60,000 nt of DNA, taken from Lytechinus pictus (taxonomy: Eukaryota). Below are positions 42,301 to 51,441 of this stretch, in pieces. How positions within the stretch are numbered: the first letter of the stretch is position 1; every line of letters begins with the position of its first letter. The position numbers and the translations under genes are program-made. The notes below the pieces were generated by a model. That model was not told where the DNA came from. It saw only the letters and a list, made by a program, of their open reading frames with translations, and did not search any database. The DNA is taken from the NCBI RefSeq assembly GCF_037042905.1, contig NC_087250.1, positions 18,044,001 through 18,104,000 on the forward strand, given 5' to 3'.

Positions 42301-44350
42301 AGCACGGTGTAATGCAGCCAAACCACCATTATCCTCCTTATTGACCTCAGCTCCCTCACTGATCAGATATTTGATGACGTCAATATGACCACGGTTAGCA
42401 GCACGGTGTAATGCAGTCCCACCACCATTATCCTCCTTATTGACCTCAGCTCCCTCACTGATCAGATATTTGATGATGTCAATATGACCATTGTTAGCAG
42501 CACGGTGTAATGTAGTCAAACCATCATTATCCTCCTTATTGACCCCAGCTCCCTCACTGATCAGATATTTGATGGCGTCAATATGACCAATGTTAGCAGC
42601 ACGTTGTAATGCAGTCCCACCACCATTATCCTTCCTATTGACCTCAGCTCCCTCACTGATCAGATATTTGATGACTTCAATATAACCATTCTCGGCAGCA
42701 TGGTGTAATGCTGTCTCACCCCACTTATTCTTCTTATTGACCTCAGCTCCTTCCCTGATCAGATTTTTCATGATGTCAATATGACCATTCATAGCAGCAC
42801 GGTGTAATGCAGTCCGTCCATGATTACCCTCCTTATTGACCTCAGCTCCCTCACTGATAAAATATTTTATGACGTCAATATGACCATTCAAAGCAGCATG
42901 GTGTAATGCAGTCCGTCCATGATTATTCTCCTTATTGACCTCAGCTCCCTCACTGATCAAATATTTGATGACGTCAATATGACCACTGTTAGCAGCACGG
43001 TGTAATGCAGTCCGTCCATGATTATCCCCCTTATTGACCTCAGCTCCTTCGCTGATCAAATATTTGATGACGTCAATATGACCATTCTCAGCAGCATGGT
43101 GAAATGCAGTCCCACCACCATCATCCTCATTATTGACCTCATCTCCTACGCTGATCAAATATCTGATGACGTCAAAATGACCATTCTCAGCAGCATGGTG
43201 TAATGCTGTCTCACCCCACTTATCCTTCTTATTGACCTCAGCTCCTTCCCTGATCAGATTTTTTATGACGTCAATATGACCATTCCTAGCAGCACGGTGT
43301 GATGCAGTCCATCCATGATTACCCTCCTTATTGACCTCAGCTCCCTCACTGATCAAATATTTGATGACGTCATTATGACCATTCAAAGCAGCATGGTGTA
43401 ATGCAGTCCGTCCATGAATATTCTCCTTATTTACCTCAGCTCCCTTACCGATCAAATATTTGATGATGTCAATATGACCGCTGGTAGCAGCACGGTGTAA
43501 TGCAGTCCGTCCATGATCATCCCCCTTATTGACCTCAGCTCCCTCACTGATCAGATATTTGATGACGTCAATATGACCATTCTCAGCAGCACGGTGTAAT
43601 ACTGTCTCACCACGATTATCCTCCTCATTGACTTCATATCCTACGCTGATCAAATATCTGATGACGTCAAAATGACCATTCTCAGCAGCATGGTGTAATG
43701 CTGTCTCACCCCACTTATCCTTCTTATTGACCTCAGCTCCTTCCCTGATCAGATCTTTTATGACGTCAATATGACCATGGATAGCAGCCGTGCGTAGTCG
43801 AGTCCAAAGGTCCATACATGTAGCTCCGAGAAAAAGAAATGTTTAATATTTTGATTGTCATAGCTAGCTGAGTGAAACTTTCACTATTTGTTTTTCTGTG
43901 TGTTGCTAAAATGAAACCAGCCTTAAAATGCATACATGTAACTCTACAACTGTTGTAAATTATTTGTGTTTTTTTGTTGGATGGATGAATTACCTTGTAG
44001 AAAAGAAATATCCCAGATATACATGTACATCACTATAATACATTATTTTTAAAGGAACTATCAGCACAGTATCACTAGATAAAGGTGCTATGTCAGGTGT
44101 GTAGTCAGATGTTACCCCGAGTTATCATATTTAGGTAGATGGGATGGTTAACGATGTTAGGAAGGGGTAGTCTTTACTTCATTTTTCAGAGTAAGAATAC
44201 AGCCAGGACTAACATGGAGTCATTTACATTGATGTTAACCCGATATACACAGACTTTTATAGACCCAGTACAGAGCTACAAGCGAAATCTAAAAATGAAA
44301 AATGTATAGGCCACAAAGGCTTGCAACGCCAACTCACCTAACCACGCCAT
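3060..44350 (-). CDS. Multi-exon gene: ankyrin-repeat / ZU5-UPA / multi-death-domain protein (PIDD/UNC5/ankyrin-like), about 23 exons, about 2362 aa
   Basis: Hand-assembled exons join in consistent codon phase (7089 nt) from ATG 44350 to TGA 3060. All junctions are GT-AG except the exon 12 acceptor. Domains recognised from motifs. Confidence 0.8.
3490..4976. mobile_element. Palindromic Tc1/mariner-pogo-like non-autonomous element
   Basis: TA|ccgtgtga...tcacacgg|TA; inverted homology along most of its length (e.g. 4001-4050 vs 4430-4480). Confidence 0.7.
5597..5624 (-). CDS. Exon 22: 28-nt linker (VEPDYEKNQR)
   Basis: CAG acceptor, GTAAGG donor; phase 1-2 is required to reach the last exon. 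Confidence 0.7.
5876..5970 (-). mobile_element. tRNA-derived SINE head
   Basis: Minus-strand A box (gtggccgagtgg) and B box (ggttcgatcccc) followed by SINE body. Confidence 0.65.
6133..6277 (-). CDS. Exon 21: UPA-like (VHPRSLLSGGCNTIHVNL...VRVCIEQG)
   Basis: AAG acceptor, GTATGT donor; phase 0-1. Confidence 0.75.
6644..6775 (-). CDS. Exon 20: UPA-like (GVRQNYSLSEH...DDIKLSCLSG)
   Basis: TAG acceptor, GTAAGC donor; phase 0-0. Confidence 0.75.
6887..8847. mobile_element. Tc1/mariner-like non-autonomous element hosting a nested Helentron-like repeat
   Basis: TA|cagtgcgtat..gtttacact vs degenerate agtgcgaac..tatacacact. Confidence 0.55.
6961..8013 (+). mobile_element. Helentron/HINE (DINE-1-like) element
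   Basis: Poly-T start, subterminal inverted repeats gtctcacctgcat/atgcaggtgagac, internal ~125-bp tandem repeats; second copy at 48719-49514. Confidence 0.7.
8985..9211 (-). CDS. Exon 19: end of ZU5-2 / start of UPA-like domain
   Basis: ORF 8913..9227; TAG acceptor, GTATGT donor; phase 1-0. Confidence 0.8.
9344..10851. mobile_element. piggyBac-like MITE with TTAA TSD
   Basis: TTAA|ccctaaatagaccggg ... cccagtctatttaggg|TTAA. Confidence 0.8.
9584..10459. mobile_element. hAT-like MITE nested in the piggyBac-like MITE
   Basis: caggggcgtcgatcc/ggatcgacgcctctg TIRs; 8-bp TSD cccgaaag/ctcgaaag; repeated gcgagcgcgaagcgcgagc motif. Confidence 0.78.
11024..11371 (-). CDS. Exon 18: ZU5 domain 2
   Basis: GIIDHDGGDL...IRVSIPSGAIP...LLTPIIQC...KPATVALPH; phase 1-1. 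Confidence 0.9.
11777..12025 (-). CDS. Exon 17: death-like domain 4
   Basis: DLSQRLDLPASEI...MVLQMLQKWAKQGGTRLRLLEMV; AAG/GTAGGT; phase 1-1. Confidence 0.8.
12226..12519 (-). CDS. Exon 16: death-like domain 3
   Basis: LDLAKALRLD...LAWRLFHQWCR; TAG/GTATGA; phase 1-1. Confidence 0.78.
12770..17568. mobile_element. Academ-type non-autonomous foldback element (4.8 kb)
   Basis: Long TIRs (a/t)agtc..gacta, 3-bp TSD tta, ~1 kb high-identity arms plus degenerate inner symmetry. Confidence 0.8.
13836..14407. mobile_element. Kolobok-like MITE with TTAA TSD, nested in the foldback left arm
   Basis: TTAA|aggggaatcca ... tggattcccct|TTAA; absent from the right arm. Confidence 0.78.
17778..17906 (-). 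CDS. Exon 15: acidic linker (EPDEDEDEENED)
   Basis: CAG acceptor, GTAGGA donor; phase 1-1. Confidence 0.75.
18130..18147 (-). CDS. Possible 18-nt microexon (GRLDQR)
   Basis: CAG acceptor, GTATAA donor; phase 1-1, not needed for frame. Confidence 0.4.
18496..18755 (-). CDS. Exon 13: death domain 2 (not in the ORF track)
   Basis: EIPDCTLLQFSRRINKEKFYEIGKQLGFDDLELQHIEHR...IQMLSMWK, paralogous to exon 11; phase 2-1. Confidence 0.82.
19018..19069 (-). CDS. Putative exon 12: 52-nt linker whose acceptor reads AC instead of AG
   Basis: Strong pyrimidine tract, GTAAGT donor, open frame with the required phase 1-2, but no AG. Confidence 0.4.
19733..20019 (-). CDS. Exon 11: death domain 1
   Basis: FYDMGIALGFTIAELDRVE...YDMLLAWR death-fold pattern; phase 2-1. 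Confidence 0.85.
20380..20425 (-). CDS. Exon 10: 46-nt linker
   Basis: TAG acceptor, GTAAGT donor; phase 1-2. Confidence 0.72.
20743..20905 (-). CDS. Exon 9: UPA-like C-terminal part (IVSLRDLLAK...AFVIRYT)
   Basis: CAG acceptor, GTAGAA donor; open; phase 0-1. Confidence 0.78.
21029..21747. mobile_element. hAT-like palindromic MITE nested in a poly-G-ended repeat
   Basis: ~220-bp TIRs; 8-bp TSD gggggtac/ggggatac. Confidence 0.75.
22158..22286 (-). CDS. Exon 8: UPA-like (ATQEKSRQQSYHRCHRSVPFNVETKAGDVTITC)
   Basis: tttttag acceptor, GTAATT donor; phase 0-0. Confidence 0.78.
22992..23239 (-). CDS. Exon 7: end of ZU5-1 / start of UPA-like domain
   Basis: ORF 22962..23252; AAG acceptor, GTCAGT donor; phase 1-0. 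Confidence 0.8.
23606..23764 (+). repeat. 5' LTR core (159 bp)
   Basis: TG...CA; near-identical to 28507-28665. Confidence 0.85.
24000..28080 (+). pseudogene. gag-pol (Gag zinc knuckles, protease LDSGA, RT VADD, RNase H, integrase) broken by stops and frameshifts
   Basis: ORF fragments at 24131, 24286, 24759, 25221, 25606 and 26902 in PR-RT-RH-INT order. Confidence 0.92.
28507..28665 (+). repeat. 3' LTR core (159 bp)
   Basis: Follows the PPT; TG...CA. Confidence 0.85.
28697..28791 (-). mobile_element. tRNA-derived SINE head
   Basis: A box and B box (ggttcgattccc) on the minus strand; similar to 5876-5970. Confidence 0.6.
28989..29321 (-). CDS. Exon 6: ZU5 domain 1
   Basis: LGISMYLPPGAV...FNQPVKITIPHS ZU5 motifs; CAG/GTAAGT; phase 1-1. 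Confidence 0.88.
30190..31510. repeat. Left subterminal array (CCAGTT/AACTGG motifs, ~178-bp higher-order units)
   Basis: Repeated ccagttggaacccatagacctcccataacccacttgaaacccatt blocks. Confidence 0.85.
30575..30667 (-). mobile_element. Short SINE/LINE 3' end with (TTA)n tail inserted in the array
   Basis: (AAT)n followed by GC-rich body, flanked by a duplicated attgata. Confidence 0.55.
32965..33258 (+). promoter_or_regulatory. CpG-rich Pol II promoter-like region with a candidate first-exon donor
   Basis: GC box, NRF1 motif TGCGCATGCGCA 32985-32996, octamer 33031-33038, CCAAT 33065, YY1-like GCCATCTT 33089, cag|GTAAGT at 33253. Confidence 0.55.
33822..34008 (+). mobile_element. 3' fragment of an RTE-clade LINE
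   Basis: Translates (frameshifted) to RGRPKTTW...EEEMKSVNMTWG...QKKAQ...EWRS..FVAALH, followed by a taag-like tail. Confidence 0.6.
34477..35541. repeat. Recent ~530-bp tandem duplication; older related copy at about 36755-37110
   Basis: 34477-35004 is nearly identical to 35005-35541. Confidence 0.9.
35840..36426. mobile_element. Kolobok-like MITE with TTAA TSD
   Basis: TTAA|agggatggtcc ... ggaccatccct|TTAA. Confidence 0.8.
37790..38400. repeat. Right subterminal array (40-bp units alternating as 80-bp dimers)
   Basis: ccaactgg(tttt/tcct)aactggcaccagttgacaa... tandem. Confidence 0.88.
38520..38554 (-). CDS. Exon 5: 35-nt linker microexon (LPSLDDVQFTK)
   Basis: TAG acceptor, GTAAGA donor; phase 2-1 bridges its neighbours. 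Confidence 0.7.
38792..39366. mobile_element. Degenerate Kolobok-like MITE
   Basis: Decayed aaaggacaa.../ggggtggacttgatcttt ends; internal motifs shared with 35840-36426. Confidence 0.45.
39437..39594 (-). CDS. Exon 4: ankyrin C-cap (LVFYLLEHGARIDIKDEADCLPIHYA)
   Basis: ttgcag acceptor, GTGAAC donor, phase 0-2. Confidence 0.85.
39894..40076 (-). CDS. Exon 3: divergent ankyrin repeats (NDSVAIHLAV...GQTCLHKAI)
   Basis: CAG acceptor, GTTAGT donor, phase 0-0. Confidence 0.85.
40504..43823 (-). CDS. Exon 2: 33 ankyrin repeats in a single 3.3-kb exon
   Basis: ORF 40390..43815; consensus KEDNxGxTALHRAAxxGHIDVIKYLISEGAEVN; donor AAG|GTAGGT at 40503; weak GAG acceptor. Confidence 0.93.
40855..43725 (-). 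repeat. Coding tandem array of 29 full near-identical 99-bp units
   Basis: 99-bp periodicity without indels, read directly in DNA and protein. Confidence 0.95.
44338..44350 (-). CDS. Exon 1, coding part (MAWL); the exon probably starts at 44376 after an acceptor
   Basis: gcaccATGG Kozak context, in-frame stops upstream, GTGAGT donor; phase 1 matches exon 2. Confidence 0.6.
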
Positions 44351-46552
44351 GGTGCGCGTTCACGTTCAATCCAATCCTAAACAAATAAAGTATGAAAATA
44401 AGAATCTTTCTTCTGTTAAGCATGTGCGAAATTTGTCCCTACAAAACGGGGCCTCTGAACGATTTTGAAAGTGGGGGACGGGGGGGGGGGGGGGTGGCTG
44501 AGTCAAAAGTGGGGGCTGACCGTGCACTCTAAAACAAATCAGTAAAAATGACTAGTTAATAGGGTCAGCTAGGTGTAACTGTTATATTAGTCGTATTTAG
44601 CTATTTTATAGTCGTTGTTTACTAGAACAGAGCTATTGACTAGAAGAGTGTGCAAAAAATCACAATCAGATGGTAATTTTTACTTTTTTTGTAAACGGTT
44701 TTGGAAAAAGTGGAGTGGGGGCACCCCCCCCTCCCCCGGTTCCGCAGCCCCTTCAAACATATAGAACCATGTTTATGTGTACGCGTATGTAGGAATTATA
44801 TGTACACAGGAAATTGAAGAGTGAAATTGACAAATCAAATACCAATCGAAAGTTAATAAGCTACAATTAGTCCAGTCAATATAGGGTTTGACCCACCACT
44901 AATTGCAGCACTGGATATTCTACTGCAATGCTTTTCAGGAAGGTCCCCCCCCAAAAAAAAAAAAAAAAAATACTAAAAGTCCCAAAAAATCCAAGCAATG
45001 GAAATTCATGAAATTTGCATATTATGCAAATTAACCATGAAGAGTTGGAAAAATAGGGAAAATAGTCCAAAGATAAGACATTAAGAGTCCAAAAAAATTT
45101 AATCTGAGCGAAAATTCACAATAAATATCTGTATTCAATGTTTTTAATCAAAAGTGCCAAGAAATCTACCTCATTTGTATAATATGCAAATAAGCATCCT
45201 TGTATGGACAAAATGTCAAGATATTGTGATTTTTCTCACATTGACTGCTTGAAAACATTTCATTTATTTTTAAATTTACATGCTGCTATCACTAAGGACG
45301 TTGAACACATTTATATTCAGCTTAGTGTCTGTAGTGTAATTTGCATGTAATTTGCAAATAGGTATCTAGCATGTTATTAATATTCAAGAAAATACACTGG
45401 TAACATCCCTCAAAAGTTGCAAGTAGATTATTTATTGAAATTGGAACATGGCAATGCCTAACAGGAAGGTTTCCTAAACACCATATTAAAAGTCCTAAAA
45501 TATACAACCATAGGACAATCACAAAATTTGCATTTTATGCAAATTAGCCATAATAAGATGCAAAGAAGGAAAATAACCCAACTTTAGGAAATCAAGTGCA
45601 GAAAACAATATAAATTAAACGAAAGCTAATGATAAGTTTTACAAATTTATTTATTTTTTTAATAAAAAAAAATCGTAATTAAATCTCATTTGCATATATA
45701 TGAGCATCCTTATATGGGGTAAAACCCAGAAAATTTGATTTTTTTCACACAAACAGTTATGAAAACATTTCAGTCTAGATCAAATTGATGTGATCACTAA
45801 GAATGCCTAATACATCAATAATCAGCTTAATATCTGAAGTGTAATTTACATATGCTAATAAGCATCCGACACGTTATAAATATTCAAGGAAACACATACG
45901 TGATACATTACTTTAAAATTCTATGTAGATTACGTGTAACCATGATGACCTTCCCTATATTTCTTGCTTGGTTGATATTGACTTTTTTATGAGCAGTTAC
46001 CTCACTGATATTGTGCAATGATGAGTCAGTTCTATATGAATCCCACTGCTTGAATGCTTCATTATTAAGTTTAGTTTAAAGTTTCGAACCAAGTCTCATG
46101 CTTACGTCATTGTTTAATGCTCCATTCAACTTTGCAAAGTGCCTTTTGTATCTTTATACTGTTTTTTATTTTTTACCCCATTTCATTCAATTACCAACAA
46201 TCCCACTCAACTGTGCCCGTGGATATGCTTTTGTTCTTCTTTGTCTCGCTTTCTTTCCGTCAGTTTAATATGGTTTTTCAAACTGCTTAATCAACTTCAT
46301 ACCGTCCCAATCAAACGTTTCCCTTTTTTTTCTAGTTATCTTTGCAAGGTTGGATGGGGTCCGCCCTTTCTAGTGTATATTGATTAATCATATTTCACAT
46401 ATATATATGTTCTGTATATTTTGTATACTGTTTTGTTAAATTTGTATGCGAATCTTTTTACTCTGTACAAACATTTACAATTCAGCCATAGGCTGTCAAG
46501 AATGTTTTGATGCCTAATGAAAACCATTATTATTATTATTATATTATTCCCA

Positions 46553-47012
46553 TCAAAGTCTTGCTCTCTTCTTGACTTTGTAGAGTTTTTTGCGTTTCTT
46601 GCGAGTATAATCCACGCTAGCAAGCTTCTGGATTGTCAAGTGATCAGCACAAGATGTCACACCCAGTCCAAATAACAGCCCGTTAGCTTCGAATATTTGA
46701 TTCTTGTAGCATACCACTTGTCTTTGTGGTGAATATGAGAAGGCGTACTTGCCTGGATAACGATATCTCTGGGCATGGTTAATGAGAGTACCAATGAGCA
46801 TTTGCCCATACGAGTGACATGAAAGCCATTCATAAAGTCATGATAAAGGCTTAAAGTGTATATAGACATCTTTATCAGATACAGTAATCGTGATTAGACG
46901 TTCTTGCTGAATCCAGTTGCTGCTTCAGGATGAAGCATCCATTTTCTGTTCTTTCCTCTTTGATAAATCTTCTAAGGATGGCAACCATCTCCAAATGTTG
47001 TAGCTATAGTTT
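46553..47012 (-). pseudogene. Academ transposase remnant
   Basis: KL*LQHLEMVAILRRFIKEERT/KWMLH and DFMNGFHVTR resemble Academ-type motifs as I recall them; frameshifted. Confidence 0.65.
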
Positions 47013-47269
47013 CTAAGCAAATCGTATATGCAAATAATTATATCAATTTCCTGATATTTCTGGTAAACAGAAATTCCTCAGTGACACAATGAACAAACAA
47101 GTAAACTTTAATAGATGGAGGACTAAGCCAGATTATTGCCATCCAACAAAAGTACACAAAATAATGGAACATCCTTAACATCACCACCAAATACCATCCA
47201 ACATTGATTAGACAGTGTGTACCCATTCCAGGATTTATTTGCAACAATGTGTTACTCATGGGTATACAG

Positions 47270-48030
47270 ACATGACAGAGGAAAAGAATCTTTCAGTAAT
47301 TATCGTACGACTAAGGATTTTCTTCTGGAGGAATGCTGACTTTAATAGTGTCATGCAGATGTACTTTGAACAATCATACAACTCTCTGTACTAAAATCCG
47401 ACAAGTCGAGCATAGGAGATTGAATGCCAATTAAGAGGACTTTGACAAGAACCAAACCTTTACCCATGTCTTCTTCTGACACAAGTTGCCTCAATGAGAC
47501 AATGGACATAAGTTGTATCGGAAGGAGAAAAAAAAGTTTTATAGGAAGGCTAGGAAGGTTTGCGCATGTCAGAGCTCCAAAAGCATCAGTAAGGTAAAGC
47601 TCAGAATATTGCTACAATGCATTAAAGAGGACCACAAGATGGGTTTGTAGACAAGCCTATAATACATAATTTGTTAACCGGATTGGCAATGATCCAGGCT
47701 GTAACATTAGCATGTTGGGATCCCTTAATATCATGCGCTATGACTACATTGGAATAGCGGAAAGGGAAGACAAACGATTTTTAGTCTTAGTATTCACCAC
47801 TGATCATGATGATGATGACGCTGCTCTGCAAGTCCTGTAACCCTGTCTTGACCCAAACATGGCGAGATAACATATTGTTTAGTCAAGCGGGTGTAGCCAA
47901 ACTACTGAAAAAATTGTTCAAGATAACAACCAGCATGAAGCTACTATAGGCCAGATGGAATCTCTGCTACAAGACTACTCATAAGTTCTCACCTGCCATA
48001 AGTTTGCTTTTCTTGGTCTCCCTTCTTTAT
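47270..48030 (+). mobile_element. Highly degraded CR1/L2-like LINE fragment
   Basis: Residual coding-like sequence including a GPDGIS motif. Confidence 0.35.
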
Positions 48031-48718
48031 AAGGTGAAATTTCAAGAAAGTCTATGTCAGATGATCTTTGAAGGTGTCATAGTGGAGAGAATATTGGTCG
48101 AAACGTCGTAAACAGTTCTTTTCAGAGCTAACATACAATCAAGAAAGAATAACAAAACAGTCCTTTTCAGGACTACATACATGGTGATTACCGTAAAAAC
48201 CTCCAATAAAGTCTAAGTCGTTCCCATCCATATAAGAAAGGATTGTAAGCTCTAACAAACTACTCACCACTAAGCATGTATAAATATGCATGCTTCATGA
48301 TAACAGCATATTGATTTGAACAACAGTCAATGTAAGAAAATCAAAATTTATTGACATTTTCCATATTTGGATACTTATTTGCCAGCTTTTTAAAATAAAA
48401 ACATTGAACTTATCTATTCATCATGAAATTTTGTTCAAATTACTTGCTTTTGACATTTAATAATCTCATGATTTCATAATCTTTGGATTATTTTCCATAT
48501 TTTCTATTTTAATGGCTAATTTGCATAATATGCAAATTAATTTTCAGGCATTGGGATGAATTATCATGCTTAGTGATAGTAGCATATAAATGACAACATA
48601 AATGAAATGTTTTGGAGCAGTCTTTATGAGAACAATCACAATATTTTGACATTTTTTCATGTAAGGATGCTTATAAGCATAATATGCAAATGAGGTAGAT
48701 TTGTTGGCACTTTTGAAT

Positions 48719-49514
48719 AACAGGTGGAATGCCTCTGGCGGTCTCACCTGCATCACGCAATTCAATATAGCAGCAGTGCTGATTTTGAAAACTACTATAA
48801 CTCGCACAAGATGTTCAGTGATACTTGGTTACTCTTATTTCCACGTTTTATGAACTAGACCAATACACTTACAGAGATATGATGGTAATTCAACAAATAC
48901 CCCCAACGTGGCCAAAGTTCATTGACCTTACATGACCTTTGACCTTGATCATGTGACCTGAAGCTCGCACAGGATGTTCAGTGATACTTGATTACTCTTA
49001 TGTCCAAGTTTCAAGAGTCAGATCCATAAACCTTCAAAGTTATGATGGTAATTCAACAGATACCCCCAATTCGGCCAAAGTTCATTGACCCTAAATGACC
49101 TTTGACCTTAGTCATGTGACGTGAAACTCATGCAGGTTGTTCAGTGATACTTGCTTAACCTTATGTATAAGTTTCATGAACTAGGTCTATATATTTTTTA
49201 AGTTATGATGACATTTCAAAAACTTAACCTTAGGTTAAGATTTTGATGTTGATTCCCCCAACAAGGTCTAAGTTTATTGACCCTAAATGACCTTTGAACT
49301 TGGTCATGTGACATGAAACTCAGGCAGGATGTTCAGTAATACTTGATTAACTTTTTGGCCAAGTTTCATGAACTAGGTTCTTATACTTTCTTTTAAGTTA
49401 TGCTGTCATTTCAAAAACTTAACCTCAGGTTAAGATTTGGTGTTGACGCCGCCGCCGCCGCTGGAAGAGCGGCGCCTATAGTCTCACTCTGCTATGATGC
49501 AGGTGAGACAAAAA
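48719..49514 (-). mobile_element. Helentron/HINE-like element, inverted relative of 6961-8013
   Basis: Same subterminal repeats and tgacctttgacc units; interrupts the Academ right arm. Confidence 0.72.
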
Positions 49515-50099
49515 CATTAAATACAGTTATATAAACCTTAAAATCCTTAAATACAGTTATTTATAATTTTCGCTCAAATTTATTTGTTTTGAACACTTAA
49601 TTTGTAATCTTTGGACTATTTTCCTTATTTTTCTAACTTTTTATGGCTAATTTGCATAATATGCACATTTCATAAATTTCCACTGCTTGGATTTTTGGGG
49701 ACTTTTAGTATGTTGTTAAGGGGACCTTCCTGGAAAGCATTGCAGTGGAATATCAAGTGTTGCAATTAGTGGTGGGTTACCCCCTATTCTGGCTAGATTG
49801 ACTGGACTAAATACACGACAAGGCAAACAATGCTTTTAGGCTGAGTATTTAGCCTGAGAATAGCTCCGATAATCGGACGTTTATTATGCTTATCACCAGC
49901 CTTGACGTCTTTCTGTGATTCCATTATGTTTGCCCACAATAATGGATGATCAAATATTTTTTTTTTGCTTCACCGATTGCGCTTTTGATGTACCTCACTC
50001 CTATCGCATACATAACAAATAATAGATGATATCTATATGCAGCTTTAGACTAGAAATGCTTTCCATGTTTTCCCAAACTTATTTGGCGCAGCTTTGTAT

Positions 50100-50659
50100 C
50101 CGGGGGAGGGCACTTCCATTGACGACTGGATACCATGCGCGACCATGGGGTCTCGAAAAGCACCCTAAACACGTATTTTCCATATTAGTGAAAATGCACC
50201 CCTTAACAAGTATTGGCGTGTGAAACCCTACCCTTAACAAGTATTGGAAACAAAACGCTACTCTTGGCAAGTATTCCCTGAATTGACCCCTAAACAAGTA
50301 CAACGATATTTTTATTGTTATGTCACTGTCGTCGGTTTTACCTTTACCTGATTTGGGTTGAGTGCAGCCCCACCTCCATATCTCGCGCAAAATCGTACTC
50401 TAAACACGTAGTGTTGACTCTTGGGGCAAAAAGTACATCCTTTATAAAAAAAAATTATTCTTAATTTTTACACCCTCGCAAATTTGACCCTAAACTCGTA
50501 GCTTTCCAGCGAAAATAGAAACCCTTTTTTCATTATTTGTTTTGACACCCTTATTACGTTACTTAGGTAACGTGCCCTATCTTGAAAAATGCATCCTTTT
50601 TTACGGTTTTTTTTTTGGTCGCGCATGGAATCAACTCGTCAATGTAAGTGACCCCCGGG
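50100..50659. mobile_element. MITE with ccggggg ends
   Basis: TIR ccggggg..cacttccattgacg / cgtcaatgtaagtgacccccggg; flanking duplication tttgtat. Confidence 0.7.
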
Positions 50660-50879
50660 TTTGTATTTTTTTCTGCATTCCGTTCATGTGTTTATGAAAA
50701 ATTAGGTTACATAAGAACTAAACAAAGAAATCGCAAGAACCTAGCAAAGGCTGCAGGTCTCCATCCATTTCAGCACATGGTAATCGTCTGCTGGAAGTGT
50801 AAAAAAAAAAAAAAAAAAAAAAAAGCCTGTAATTATTGATGCTTTGTAGCTTATAACCATTATACATGTAGAGTACCCA

Positions 50880-51441
50880 CGCCTACATTCGTAATTCCGA
50901 AGCTTCGTTATTCCGAAGATTCGGATATTCAGAAGGTTCGAATTTCCGAAGGTTCGTATTTCTGAAGGTTCATAATTCCGAAGGTTTGTTGGTCCGAAAA
51001 CGAAGTGAGGTTCGTAATTCCGAAGGTTCGTTAATCCGAAGCGAAGTGAGGTTCGTAATTCCGAAGGTTCGTTAATCCGAAAACGAAATGAGGTTCGTAA
51101 TTCCGAAGGTTCGTTAGTCCGAAAACGTAATGATTAACGAACCTTATTTCGTTTTTCGGACTTACGAACCTTCGGAACAAGGAACCTTATTTCGTTTTCG
51201 GATTAACGAACCTTCGGAACAACGAACCTTATTTCGTTTTCGGATTACCGAACCTTCTGAACATCGACCCTTATTTCGTTTTCGGATTATCAAACCTTCG
51301 GAATATTAAACGAACCTTCGGAATAACGCCACAAATGTTCGGATTAACGAACCCTTTTACGTTTTCGGATTAACGAACATCGAGGTATAGGCAATTTAAG
51401 TGTTTCGGAATTACGAACCTTCTGAATTACGAAGTGCAACC
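50880..51441. mobile_element. MULE-like foldback MITE made of ttccgaaggttcg repeats
   Basis: Repeats invert at the centre; 9-bp TSD gagtaccca/gagttccca. Confidence 0.72.

Larger units (their letters stand above)
44868..49809 (-). mobile_element. Academ DNA transposon, internally deleted, with nested repeats
   Basis: TIR tagtccagtcaat/attgactggacta, 3-bp TSD aat, long arms, transposase relic inside. Confidence 0.85.

Noticed and set aside
40390..43815. Stand-alone 1141-aa ankyrin gene or bacterial/endosymbiont transfer
   Set aside because: A good donor at 40503 splices in frame to further ankyrin exons; the last 37 codons look like intron read-through.
50880..51441. CRISPR or satellite array
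   Set aside because: The repeats invert at the centre and are flanked by a 9-bp TSD, so it is a foldback MITE.
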